Shown here in pieces: positions 18,827-27,574 of a stretch of DNA of 64,000 nucleotides. Source of the stretch: Actinomycetota bacterium (GTDB lineage Bacteria; Actinomycetota; AC-67); the NCBI GenBank assembly GCA_041658565.1, contig JBAZZY010000012.1, positions 5,606 to 69,605 of the forward strand, in the 5' to 3' direction. Both the position numbers and the translations under genes were made by a program. Position 1 is the stretch's first letter. Each line of letters begins with the position of its first letter. Below the pieces are notes generated by a model, which ran no database searches, was not told the origin of the DNA, and was given only the letters and a program-made list of their open reading frames with translations.

Positions 18827-19589
18827 CTCCTCCGGAGCCCAAGTAGGCGCCGACAACGTTCGGATTGCCGCGTACTTCCGAGGGTGTACCCTCGGCCATC
18901 ATCTCTCCGAAGTTCAACACGTAGATGAAATCGCAGAGGTCCATCACCAGTCGCATGTCGTGCTCGACGATGAGGATGGTTATGCCCAGGGTCGCCCGAA
19001 TGCGCAGAAGATCCTTGCCGAAGTCCTGGGTTTCCCGCGTGTCCATGCCCGACGCAGGTTCGTCGAGCAAAAGCAGTGCAGGTTCCCCGGCGAGTGCGCG
19101 CGCAAGCTCGACTCTGCGCTGCGTTCCGAGCGGCAAGTCCCCCGCGAAGGCGGTGGCAACCTCGGAGAGCCCCGTCAGGTGCAGGATCGCGCGAACCTTT
19201 TCTTCGGAACGCTTGGCTTGGATGCGGGCCCAGGGGGTCGACAGCGTGGAAGCCAGTGCGCCGGCCGTTTCGCGAGCATGTCGCGAAACCATGACGTTAT
19301 CTTGAACCGCGAGTCCGCGGAAGATCTCGACACTCTGGAATGTGCGTCCGATGCCGAGTATTGCTCGACGCTCGGGTGCGAGAGATGTGACGTCGCGATC
19401 TAAGAAGCGGATGACGCCGGAGTCGGGCGGCCTCAATCCGGAGACGACGTTGAACAGCGTCGTCTTGCCGGCGCCGTTGGGGCCGATGAGACCCGTGATC
19501 TCGCCTGCATTCACGTCGAAGGACACGTCGTGCAGGGCCTGAATACCTCCGAACCGCACAGACACGCCGGTGACTGAGAGTATGGACAT
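18798..19589 (-). CDS. livG: ABC ATPase (LivG-like)
   Basis: GPNGAGKT, LPLGTQRR, LLLDEP, VEHDM. Confidence 0.9.
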   Translation of the reverse strand: MSILSVTGVSVRFGGIQALHDVSFDVNAGEITGLIGPNGAGKTTLFNVVSGLRPPDSGVIRFLDRDVTSLAPERRAILGIGRTFQSVEIFRGLAVQDNVMVSRHARETAGALASTLSTPWARIQAKRSEEKVRAILHLTGLSEVATAFAGDLPLGTQRRVELARALAGEPALLLLDEPASGMDTRETQDFGKDLLRIRATLGITILIVEHDMRLVMDLCDFIYVLNFGEMMAEGTPSEVRGNPNVVGAYLGSGGGESVDVARA

Positions 19590-20620
19590 CAGCCGGGGTC
19601 TCCTTCGCTTTGCACTTGAGTCTCGGGGGCTGCCTCCATCCATCCCTTCACGCGCGCCGCGAGCCTGCGGGACGACTTGGCGGTCATCGGGATCGCGCCT
19701 TCGGGAGCCATGATGGTCTGAATGATGAGAGTGAGGCCTGAGGTGAACTGCGTGAGCTGATCCAGCAGTTTGACCTGTTGCAGGATCTGAGGCATGTCAA
19801 TGATGGTGAATGCGGCCATGATCGATCCTGAGACGGTGGCGGATCCCATGATGCTGAGCATCGCCAGCATGACAATCGAGTGTAGCCAGTCATACGGGGC
19901 GGCAGTGTACGAGCCGATCAGTCCGACGTATAGGGCTCCCGCGACGGCGGCGAAGCCGGCTGATGCTGCGAATCCCAGAAGCTTGTATCGAGTAAGCGAG
20001 GCCCCGCTGGCGGCCGCCCCCTTCTCGCTTTCCCGAATCGCCGTGAACATGCGTCCGAGCTTCCCTCGTCGTATCGACAGTACGAGCCACAGGGCGGCGA
20101 GGAAGACCGCAAGCGTTACTTGGTAGAAGGCTCGGTCGCTCGAGAGCGAGAACGGACCAAGGGTCGGCCGTGGAATGGTCCTGCTCCCGACGGTTCCGGA
20201 CAGAAGCGTCGAGGGAAGCACGAGCTGATCGAAGGTCTGCGCTATCGCCAGCGTGACAATCGCCAGTGCTAGACCTCTGATACGCAGAGCCGGTAGTCCC
20301 AGCACAAGTCCCGCCGCATACCCGGTGATGACGGAGGCAATTGCGGCGGACCAGTAGTTCCATCCGTACGCCTGCACGAGCGTGGCCGTCACTGCGGCGC
20401 CGAGTCCCATCAACTCGGCGTGCATAAGGGAAGGCTGGCCAAGCAGCCCCGCCACGATAACGAGTCCGAACAGCGCGATCCCGAACACGAGTGTCTGCGA
20501 GAGCAGGAACACGTGGAAGTCCGTCATTGCCACGGGGAGGAAGACGGCAAGCGGCACCGCGACCACCACGGCTGCAGTTGCTGTCTGCTTCCTTCGCGTC
20601 GGCATTGCCTCGGTCGCCAT
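19589..20620 (-). CDS. livM: ABC permease (LivM-like)
   Basis: GQPSLMHA, LRIRGLALAIVTLA, AIRESEKGA; multiple TM segments. Confidence 0.88.
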   Translation of the reverse strand: MATEAMPTRRKQTATAAVVVAVPLAVFLPVAMTDFHVFLLSQTLVFGIALFGLVIVAGLLGQPSLMHAELMGLGAAVTATLVQAYGWNYWSAAIASVITGYAAGLVLGLPALRIRGLALAIVTLAIAQTFDQLVLPSTLLSGTVGSRTIPRPTLGPFSLSSDRAFYQVTLAVFLAALWLVLSIRRGKLGRMFTAIRESEKGAAASGASLTRYKLLGFAASAGFAAVAGALYVGLIGSYTAAPYDWLHSIVMLAMLSIMGSATVSGSIMAAFTIIDMPQILQQVKLLDQLTQFTSGLTLIIQTIMAPEGAIPMTAKSSRRLAARVKGWMEAAPETQVQSEGDPG

Positions 20621-20623
20621 GGG

Positions 20624-21505
20624 TCAAGTGTCCAGTACTTCCGCGAGACGAGACCGGCGCCAGAGCATCGCCACAAGGACGATTCCCAACGTGATGAGGC
20701 TCTTGGCGCCCGATGTCCGCACCCAGATCACGACGTCGCTCTGAAGGACTCCCAAAAGCACTGCCGCGGCGAACGTCGCAGGCAGGCTCACGAGTCCGCC
20801 GGCGAGCGCCGCAGCAAACGCCGAGACGACGAGTAGCGTGAGTTGGATCGTGTCGAGTGTGATCATCGGGGATAGCAGCACGCCGGCGATGGCCGCCAAG
20901 ATGCTCCCCAGGGCCCATGCGGCGGAGTTGACCAAGTCCACGCGCACCCCCAGGATGCGCGCGGCTTGGACGTTGTCGGCCACCGCGCGCATTGCGAGTC
21001 CCAGACGCGTAACCCGAAAGAACAGCGCGAGGAGCACGGTGAGTCCCGACGCAAGGCCGAGTGTCATCAATTGGAGGTAACTGACACGCACGCCGGGGAG
21101 CTGAACGGTCGCTTCAGGCACGATCTGAATCGGCGCGTGGTAGGCGCTCGCTCCCCAGATGAAACCGGCCAAACTGGTGAGCAGTAGCAGCCATCCGAGC
21201 GTCACGACAACTTTCGTAAGCGGCGGCCGACCTTCGAGCGGCCGGATGGTAAAGCGTTCGATGAATGCGCCGAGCAATCCCGCGAACACGACGGCCGCCA
21301 GGACTGCCAGCCAGATCGGCAGCCCCCACACGATTCCAACCTGGTAGGCGATAAAGGTCGAGAACATACCGATAGCGCCGTGAGCGAAGTTCAGCACGCG
21401 GGACGTCTTGTAGATCAGCACGATGCCCATGGCAGGAAGGGCGTACATGGTCCCCAGCACTATGCCTGCGATGGTGAGGGGAAGTAGCTGGCTCAGCGTG
21501 GACAC
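20624..21505 (-). CDS. livH: ABC permease (LivH-like)
   Basis: GIVLIYKTSRVLNFAHG, TRLGLAMRAVADN. Confidence 0.88.
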   Translation of the reverse strand: MSTLSQLLPLTIAGIVLGTMYALPAMGIVLIYKTSRVLNFAHGAIGMFSTFIAYQVGIVWGLPIWLAVLAAVVFAGLLGAFIERFTIRPLEGRPPLTKVVVTLGWLLLLTSLAGFIWGASAYHAPIQIVPEATVQLPGVRVSYLQLMTLGLASGLTVLLALFFRVTRLGLAMRAVADNVQAARILGVRVDLVNSAAWALGSILAAIAGVLLSPMITLDTIQLTLLVVSAFAAALAGGLVSLPATFAAAVLLGVLQSDVVIWVRTSGAKSLITLGIVLVAMLWRRSRLAEVLDT

Positions 21506-21628
21506 GGTCGGCTCTCCCCTGAGCGCAGGCCCGTCACGCGCGCACATCCCCGCGCGGCGCTGGTCGGTCCTGGGGTCCGACCTCATCGAGCATCATCACT
21601 CGCGCCCTTCTGGTTGCGGTCGGCGGGC

Positions 21629-23020
21629 TCATTGGTAGGGGCGCGAAGGAGCTGCGCGCGCGCTCTTGGCGGTGTAGTTCCAACACTGCCATTGGGGTTT
21701 GTGCAAGACCCATCGATCGTTTGACCACCGTAACACCTCGATGCATCGGAAGGCGTCGTGATCGTTCGCGGTGAACGTGACCGGCGGCGTAAGGTCGGTG
21801 ACGAAGTCGTCGAGTGTGTTCAGGCCTGCGATGAGCTTCGCTCGCGTCGGATCGGGGCCGGCCCTTCGCAATCCCTCGATGAAAAGCTCCCCACCACTCC
21901 ACGGGAGTTCCATGAGCGGGTTGATCGGTGTGCCCGGGTAGTAGCGCCGCAGTGCGCCCAGGAATCGCTCGGCTCCGGGGTGGCCGGGATGCGCCAGCGG
22001 CCAAAGATGAGACTCGAAATCGATCGTTCCTTCGGGGGGGATGATGCCGGCGGCCAGATGCTCGGCGTTGGCTGTCGGAGCGTTGATGGTGACGAGCTTC
22101 GGCTCCCACGCTTGCCTCTTCAACGCCTGGAACAAACGGCCGAGACTCATTGGGTCCAGGACTGCCAGAATCGAATCGGCACCGGAGGCTCGCCACTGAA
22201 CGACGTAGGAACTGTAGTCGGGGGTTGCGGCGCTCACCTCGTCGGTGCGGATTGCGCGGAACCCGCACTTCTCTTCGAGCCCTTTTTGCATCGTGTCGAT
22301 CCACGCCCCGGCGTGGGGGATGTCTACGATAACCATCACGATCTTCTTCGCTCCGGTTGCGCACACCGTTGGAGCGATGCCGGGGCCCATCCGCGACTGA
22401 TTGAAGTTGTTGGGAAAGACGGTCTTCGGCCCGAAGTCCTGCGGAATGCCCCCGCCGACTACCGGCACTCCCTGCTGGATGAAATAGGGCAGTGCCTGCG
22501 CCTCTGACGCCGGCGCGAGCCACCCGGCGATCGCGAAGACCTTGTCCTGTTGGACTAGTCGCTTCGCGCACTGGACTCCCCGGGTCGCGTCGTAACCGTC
22601 GTCGCAGACCGCCAGAGTGATCTTGCGGCCGTGTACACCCCCGGATTCGTTCACTGTTTGAATGAGCGCGCGCAACGCGTTCTCCGCGGGCCGACCGTCG
22701 AACGGGCCCGTCTCGGTGAAGATCGAGCCGATCTTGATGCTCTCGCCGGTCACGCCTCGGCGCTCGTCCGGCAGGGACGTCGTGCCGCCAGCGCGGTTGT
22801 CCGAAATCGAGGGGCCGGCGGCATTCGGGTTTGCGATGCCGTCCCCGGTGCCGGACTGGGGTCCGGCACCGGGGACGGCCGTGGTCGGGCTTTCGCCGGA
22901 TGCGGCCGGTGCGGATGTCCGACCCAGGTCATAGATCAACGCGACGGTCAAGACCAGGCTCATGGCTGCGGAGTACGCCATGAATTGGCTGAGTCGCTTC
23001 TCGTGCACGTTCGTCGTCAC
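21629..23020 (-). CDS. ABC substrate-binding protein (Liv/Peripla_BP_6 type), N-terminally anchored
   Basis: RRGVTGESIKIG, VNESGGVHGRKI, DDGYD; N-terminal TM, no lipobox. Confidence 0.85.
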   Translation of the reverse strand: MTTNVHEKRLSQFMAYSAAMSLVLTVALIYDLGRTSAPAASGESPTTAVPGAGPQSGTGDGIANPNAAGPSISDNRAGGTTSLPDERRGVTGESIKIGSIFTETGPFDGRPAENALRALIQTVNESGGVHGRKITLAVCDDGYDATRGVQCAKRLVQQDKVFAIAGWLAPASEAQALPYFIQQGVPVVGGGIPQDFGPKTVFPNNFNQSRMGPGIAPTVCATGAKKIVMVIVDIPHAGAWIDTMQKGLEEKCGFRAIRTDEVSAATPDYSSYVVQWRASGADSILAVLDPMSLGRLFQALKRQAWEPKLVTINAPTANAEHLAAGIIPPEGTIDFESHLWPLAHPGHPGAERFLGALRRYYPGTPINPLMELPWSGGELFIEGLRRAGPDPTRAKLIAGLNTLDDFVTDLTPPVTFTANDHDAFRCIEVLRWSNDRWVLHKPQWQCWNYTAKSARAAPSRPYQ

Positions 23021-23901
23021 TCTGCCGCCCCCTGAATGAAATCGTCTGCCGTGAACCCTTGTCTTGCGGAGACCTCGAGGGCTGCCGTTCTCACGGCGCG
23101 CCCCAGAAGAGCCATCCGGCTACGGGGTATACGCTGAGTCGTGCCGGAGATGCCGAGCATCCCGGTCACGCGTCCGGTGGCATCGAACAGCGGTGCCGCC
23201 ACGCAGCGGATCCCCTGGTAATACTCCCCATCGTCGCAGGCGAACCCCGCTTCGCGGACGCCGACCAAATGACGGCACAGATCCTCTACGTCGACGATGG
23301 TGCGCGCGGTGTATCGCGCGAGAGGGGGAGAGATGAGCGCAGCGCGCTCGGTTTCGGAGAGAAAAGCCAGGCTGGCTTTACCGATGGCTGTGCAGTGCAG
23401 CGGATCCCGCTGTCCGACCTCCGGCTTGACGCCGAAGGGACCGGGGTTCTCGATATAGTCGATCGTCACAACGGCATTGCCTGCAGGCACAGCGAGGCGA
23501 ACCGCCTCACCGATCGCTTGTGCCAGCTCGGCCATCACGGGCCTGGCGCGGACACGAATGTCGAGCGAGCCCAGGACCTGCCCGGAGAGCGCCGCGAGCC
23601 TGGTTCCTGCCAGGTACTTGCGAGATTCGGAGTCGCGTTGGGCGTATCCAATCTCTGCCAGGATCACTAGCAGTCGGGAGACGACGCTCTTGTCCTGCCG
23701 AACTGAGCGAGCCAATTCGGTGACCGAGATCGGCGAGCCGCCGGATAGCCGCTCGAGCAACGAAAGGCCGATTCGCAGCGTCGAGGCGCGTCTGGTGACG
23801 CCCGTACCTAGGATGTCTCCGCGAGCCCGCGGAGAGGCGTCGCATGATGGCGACGTTGAATCCTGTATGCCCGACTTGTTCGTTGCCGTGCGTTCTCTCA
23901 T
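23017..23901 (-). CDS. IclR family transcriptional regulator
   Basis: wHTH SVTELARSVRQDKSVVSRLL; LHCTAIGKA; GIRCVAAP; start uncertain. Confidence 0.88.
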   Translation of the reverse strand: MRERTATNKSGIQDSTSPSCDASPRARGDILGTGVTRRASTLRIGLSLLERLSGGSPISVTELARSVRQDKSVVSRLLVILAEIGYAQRDSESRKYLAGTRLAALSGQVLGSLDIRVRARPVMAELAQAIGEAVRLAVPAGNAVVTIDYIENPGPFGVKPEVGQRDPLHCTAIGKASLAFLSETERAALISPPLARYTARTIVDVEDLCRHLVGVREAGFACDDGEYYQGIRCVAAPLFDATGRVTGMLGISGTTQRIPRSRMALLGRAVRTAALEVSARQGFTADDFIQGAAE

Positions 23902-23961
23902 GGGCCCCAGCTGTCGACGGGGTGCTGCCAACACGTCGTGTTCGACGATGAGATCATTGCC

Positions 23962-24000
23962 TCTATAGCAACGGGGATTCCATATTGTCAATATTCGACA
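23962..24000 (-). promoter_or_regulatory. Near-consensus sigma70 promoter with overlapping palindrome
   Basis: Minus strand TTGACA (23991-23986)-N18-TATAGA (23967-23962); TGTC-N7-GACA at 23986-24000 overlaps the -35. Confidence 0.7.
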
Positions 24001-24132
24001 TGATTTGGTGTGGATGGTTTCGCTGTGCCGTTTGTTGTTCTTTGCGGATTCTCATCGCTTGAGGTCGGGGCTTTGGGACGCGCGTATCGGCGAGGGGATC
24101 GGGTCGTTTAGATTTGTGCCGGTTCGGCTGCG

Positions 24133-24158
24133 GCAGGATCCGGCGGTCGGGCGACGAA
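24133..24158 (+). promoter_or_regulatory. Putative autoregulatory ECF promoter
   Basis: GCAGG-N14-CGACGAA ending 38 nt upstream of the sigma start; resembles the pilin-gene motif. Confidence 0.45.
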
Positions 24159-24195
24159 TTCTGACGTTAGGGTAGTTCCGCCTCAGGGAGGCGCT

Positions 24196-25221
24196 TTGGC
24201 TCTACGACGTTCTCAACTGGCTGCCGCGCTCGACGAGGAGTATCCCTCGACGTTCTTGCGCTTGCAGCGTATGTTCCGCTCGCGAGGAATCCCCGCCGAA
24301 GAGGCGGCCGACATGGCCCAAGAAACGGCCACGCGCCTGCTGGTACACCTCGACCGGCGTGGCGACGATGCGCCGGAGCCCGGTCCGCTGATTCATCGCA
24401 TCGCTACGAACTTGATGATCGATCGCGCGCGTTCGCATGCGCGTCGAGTCGTTTCTCTGGACTTTGAGGCCGGAGACGAACCGGCCGCGCCCGATGATCC
24501 ACACGAGGAGGTCTCGCGCCGGCACCGTGACGACGTGCTGTGGCGAGCCATCGACAAGCTGTCCGACAAGCAGCGGTCGGTGATTGCGATGTCGCTTGAC
24601 GGGATGAATCCCGCCGAGATCGCAGGGGCGCTCGGAATCGAGAGGAATGCCGTGGATGCGTTGTTGCATCGTGGGCGTCGCAGCCTTGCCGGTCGACTCC
24701 GCAGTGTTCGCGAGGGACTGCTGGCGTTTCCTGCTATCGCAGCAGCCAAATGGCGTTTGGCGATGCGTCGAGGTGTCTCGGCTGAGGGTGCTCAGTTGGT
24801 CGCAGCCTCGCCTGCGGCAGTCAACTTCGTCTCGGCCGCACTCGCACTTGCCCTGACCGCAGGGGCGTTCGGGTCGGAAGTTGTCGTCCCGGCGGTCGCG
24901 GTCGCGAGGCTGCGACCGAACGCAGTCCCGGCCTTGCATGTGCCGGCGAGCGCTCCGGCAGCGATCGCAGATCCCGCCCGGGTGGCGCCGCGCATTCTGA
25001 GGCCGCGCGCGCGGGTCGCCGTGAACCCGCGGGATCACAGTGCGAATGTAGGCGCCGATGTCTACGATCCGATCACCGGCGAGACCGAACCCGTTGAACT
25101 TCAGATATGGCAGACCCGCGATGACGCCGAACGCGGCTACATCGGCCCGACGCTGGATTCGGCCACCGACTCTGCGTGTTCGGTTGCCGCTCCCACCTGT
25201 GCATCCCCGGAAGGAAACTGA
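24196..25221 (+). CDS. ECF sigma factor with C-terminal TM and extracytoplasmic extension
   Basis: Sigma2 DMAQE...IATNLMIDRAR; sigma4 LSDKQRSVI...AEIAGALG...LLHRGR; then a hydrophobic helix and a Pro-rich tail with a Cys pair; SD GGGAGG before TTG. Confidence 0.85.
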   Translation: MALRRSQLAAALDEEYPSTFLRLQRMFRSRGIPAEEAADMAQETATRLLVHLDRRGDDAPEPGPLIHRIATNLMIDRARSHARRVVSLDFEAGDEPAAPDDPHEEVSRRHRDDVLWRAIDKLSDKQRSVIAMSLDGMNPAEIAGALGIERNAVDALLHRGRRSLAGRLRSVREGLLAFPAIAAAKWRLAMRRGVSAEGAQLVAASPAAVNFVSAALALALTAGAFGSEVVVPAVAVARLRPNAVPALHVPASAPAAIADPARVAPRILRPRARVAVNPRDHSANVGADVYDPITGETEPVELQIWQTRDDAERGYIGPTLDSATDSACSVAAPTCASPEGN

Positions 25222-25223
25222 CA

Positions 25224-25364
25224 ATGAAGATACGAGTGATGCTTCTCGCGCTGGCTGCGATGGTCGTTATGTTGGCGGGTACCGGTGCCCGCGCCGATGC
25301 ACTGTGTGCGCGCGCGCTTCTTCCGACCGGCTCCGCCGCCACCGCGTGTGTGGCACTGCCGTAG
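25224..25364 (+). CDS. Small secreted peptide (46 aa) with two Cys
   Basis: MKIRVMLLALAAMVVMLAGTGARA|DALC...TACVALP; SD AAGGA; starts 2 nt after the sigma stop. Confidence 0.6.
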   Translation: MKIRVMLLALAAMVVMLAGTGARADALCARALLPTGSAATACVALP

Positions 25365-25402
25365 CGGCAGAACCCATCCAGGTACAGGGATAGCGTTTCC
25401 GG

Positions 25403-25717
25403 TCAGATCGGAAGCGCTGGGATTGCGCTTGGGATTGCTGTGGGCAAGTTGTTCGCATCCGGAGTCAGCCGGATGTCGGCGGACCAGCACAGCGTGCGCG
25501 GTGCGATCTGCAATCCGATCCGGTTGTTTGCTTCCTGCCAGAAGGCCTGTGAGTCCGTGTCGATGTACACGTCACCCTGTCCGCCGTCGACGGAACTGAC
25601 GGGAATCGTCGCATCCGCGTTGTCCGGAGGATTCGAGCACGGCTCACCGGCGCGCGCGCCCATCGGTCCGAGCGCGCCAACGGTGAGTGCGAAGAGAACT
25701 GCAATAAGCGCTTTCAC
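25403..25717 (-). CDS. Small secreted protein, paralog 2 (104 aa)
   Basis: Signal peptide MKALIAVLF...ARA; shares IPVS.V..GQGD.Y, QE.N...GLQ and CW.AD with paralog 1. Confidence 0.7.
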   Translation of the reverse strand: MKALIAVLFALTVGALGPMGARAGEPCSNPPDNADATIPVSSVDGGQGDVYIDTDSQAFWQEANNRIGLQIAPRTLCWSADIRLTPDANNLPTAIPSAIPALPI

Positions 25718-25739
25718 GGTGGTCCTTTCACGAAAGGCG

Positions 25740-25765
25740 AACGAGGGCCTCGAGAGGCCCTCGTT
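25740..25765. repeat. Stem-loop between the two secreted paralogs
   Basis: AACGAGGGCCT-CGAG-AGGCCCTCGTT, perfect 11-bp stem. Confidence 0.6.
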
Positions 25766-25782
25766 CGTCTCCCTCGTGCGGC

Positions 25783-26121
25783 TTAGACGGGCAGGCCCGG
25801 GATCGGTAGCGTGCCCGGGTCCGGGATCGGCAGCGCGCCCGGGTCCGGGGCAGCGGCCAGGTTCGCGTCGGCGTTCCAGCAGAACGTGGTGCCGACGCTC
25901 TTGGCTTCGGTCTGCAGACCGGCCTCGCCGTTGGTCTCCTGATAGAGCCCCGGGGCGTCGGTGACGTAGATGTCTCCTTGTCCGGCCGGGACCGTGCTGA
26001 CGGGGATCGCCGCCGCAGACGCGTCGCCGGGGTCGCCGCAAACGGTGGGCGCCGCAGACGCCGAGATCGGCCCCAGGCTGATCGCGGCGAGCGCGAGGGC
26101 CATGATTGCAAACTTCTTCAT
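25783..26121 (-). CDS. Small secreted protein, paralog 1 (112 aa)
   Basis: SD AAGGAGG; MKKFAIMALALAAISL...ASA; Cys pair; tail repeat PDPG(A/T)LPI. Confidence 0.75.
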   Translation of the reverse strand: MKKFAIMALALAAISLGPISASAAPTVCGDPGDASAAAIPVSTVPAGQGDIYVTDAPGLYQETNGEAGLQTEAKSVGTTFCWNADANLAAAPDPGALPIPDPGTLPIPGLPV

Positions 26122-26293
26122 GTGTGTTCCTCCTTGGGAGACGGGCTCTGGTAGTGCGTTGTCCCCGCGCATATAGATACGGACGGCCATCGCTGTTCTT
26201 ACTGAACCGGCCGGGGAAAAAACGGCCATACCTTCCCACGGAGATATCGCACGCGATCCGCCGCGTGATCTCGCGTGCGGGTAGGTTGGGCCG

Positions 26294-27529
26294 GTGAAGC
26301 CTGGAACGGTTGTCTTGGAGATCGAGCAGATCGTGGCCGGGGGGTATGGTCTGGCGCGCGCCCCCGAGGGCACGGTGCTGGTGCGCGGTGCGTTGCCCGG
26401 CGAGCTGGTCACCGCGCGCCCGACGCGCTCGGCCGGCGTCCTGCGCGCGCACGTGGTGGAGATCCTTCGGCCGAACCCGGCGCGCGTGGATTTCGCGCTG
26501 CCGCCGGGAGCCGATCTGCCGATGAAGTACGAGGCGCAACTGCCGGTGAAGGAAGGCTTGGTGCGTGCGGCGCTGTCGCGCATCGCGAAGTTGGACTGCG
26601 AGGTCGAGCCGATCCATCCATCGCCCCGTGAACTTGGGTATCGCACGGCCGCGCAGTACGTGGTCACATCCGAGGGGACGCTCGGCGCGCGCGCGCGCGA
26701 TTCGGACCGCATCGTGCCGCTCACCGAAGACGCGCTCGTGGCCGATCCGATTGCGCGCGCGTTTTCGGTGTGCGCCGCCCGTTCGTTGCACGGGATCTCC
26801 GAGATCGCGTTTCGGGCCAGCCTGCGCGAGGAGAGGGTGCTCGTCGGTGTAGTGAGCGAGCGGGTCCAACTCGCCGAGCGCGTGGCCCTCGCACTGACGG
26901 ATTCAGGTGCTGCAGGAGTTGTGTGGGCTGCTCCGGACGCGCGCGGGCGCTTTCGCGGCCGTGTGCGCGTACTCGCCGGCGCCGACCGCCTGCGAGAGGA
27001 TTTCGGGGGTGTGCCGGCGACCGTTGCGGTTCAGAGTTTCGCGCAGGTGAACCCTCTAGCCGCCGGAGCGATGTATCTCGAGGCCGCGGAACTCGCGGGT
27101 GCGGGGCGGCGCGCGCTCGACCTTTACGCGGGGTCCGGTGTTCTCGGGTTGCACTTGGCGAGAGCGTTCGAGGAAGTCGTTGCCGTCGAGATCTCGCCGG
27201 ATGCCGTGCGTCTCGGCGAGGCCGACGCACGCCGGATCGGCGCGGGCAACGTCGTCTTCCGGCGTGGCGACGCGCGCATCGGCGCGCGCCACTTTCCGGT
27301 CGACGCGGTCGTTCTCGATCCGCCGCGGGCCGGTCTCGCCGCGGAGGTGCTTGCGCTTGTTGTCGAGCACGCGCCGCCGAGAATTGTGTACGCATCTTGC
27401 GATCCCTCGACGTGGGCGCGCGACGTTGGGTATTTGGCGCGCGCGGGTTATCGCTTGCGTTTCGTGCGTCCTTACGACTTCTATCCGTTCACGCATCACG
27501 TCGAGGTGCTCTCTTTGCTGGAGCGATGA
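26294..27529 (+). CDS. RNA m5U methyltransferase, RlmD/TrmA family
   Basis: TRAM-like N-terminus (GYGLAR, GALPGE), SFAQVN, DLYAGSG, LDPPRAG, YASCDP, FYPFTHHVE. Confidence 0.9.
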   Translation: MKPGTVVLEIEQIVAGGYGLARAPEGTVLVRGALPGELVTARPTRSAGVLRAHVVEILRPNPARVDFALPPGADLPMKYEAQLPVKEGLVRAALSRIAKLDCEVEPIHPSPRELGYRTAAQYVVTSEGTLGARARDSDRIVPLTEDALVADPIARAFSVCAARSLHGISEIAFRASLREERVLVGVVSERVQLAERVALALTDSGAAGVVWAAPDARGRFRGRVRVLAGADRLREDFGGVPATVAVQSFAQVNPLAAGAMYLEAAELAGAGRRALDLYAGSGVLGLHLARAFEEVVAVEISPDAVRLGEADARRIGAGNVVFRRGDARIGARHFPVDAVVLDPPRAGLAAEVLALVVEHAPPRIVYASCDPSTWARDVGYLARAGYRLRFVRPYDFYPFTHHVEVLSLLER

Positions 27530-27574
27530 GCGGCTCCGGCGGGCGTGCCGGTGCGCTATTAGACTTGGCGCCCG

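Noticed and set aside
23898-23957. 19-codon ORF ending in an ATGA overlap with the iclR start
   Set aside because: Its ATG is only 4 nt from the -10 hexamer, so it probably lies at or before the TSS; no SD and no telling codon content.
26248-26279. 9-bp inverted repeat CGCACGCGA/TCGCGTGCG before the RlmD-family gene
   Set aside because: GC-rich and built from the locally over-represented CGCG motif; insufficient support for function.
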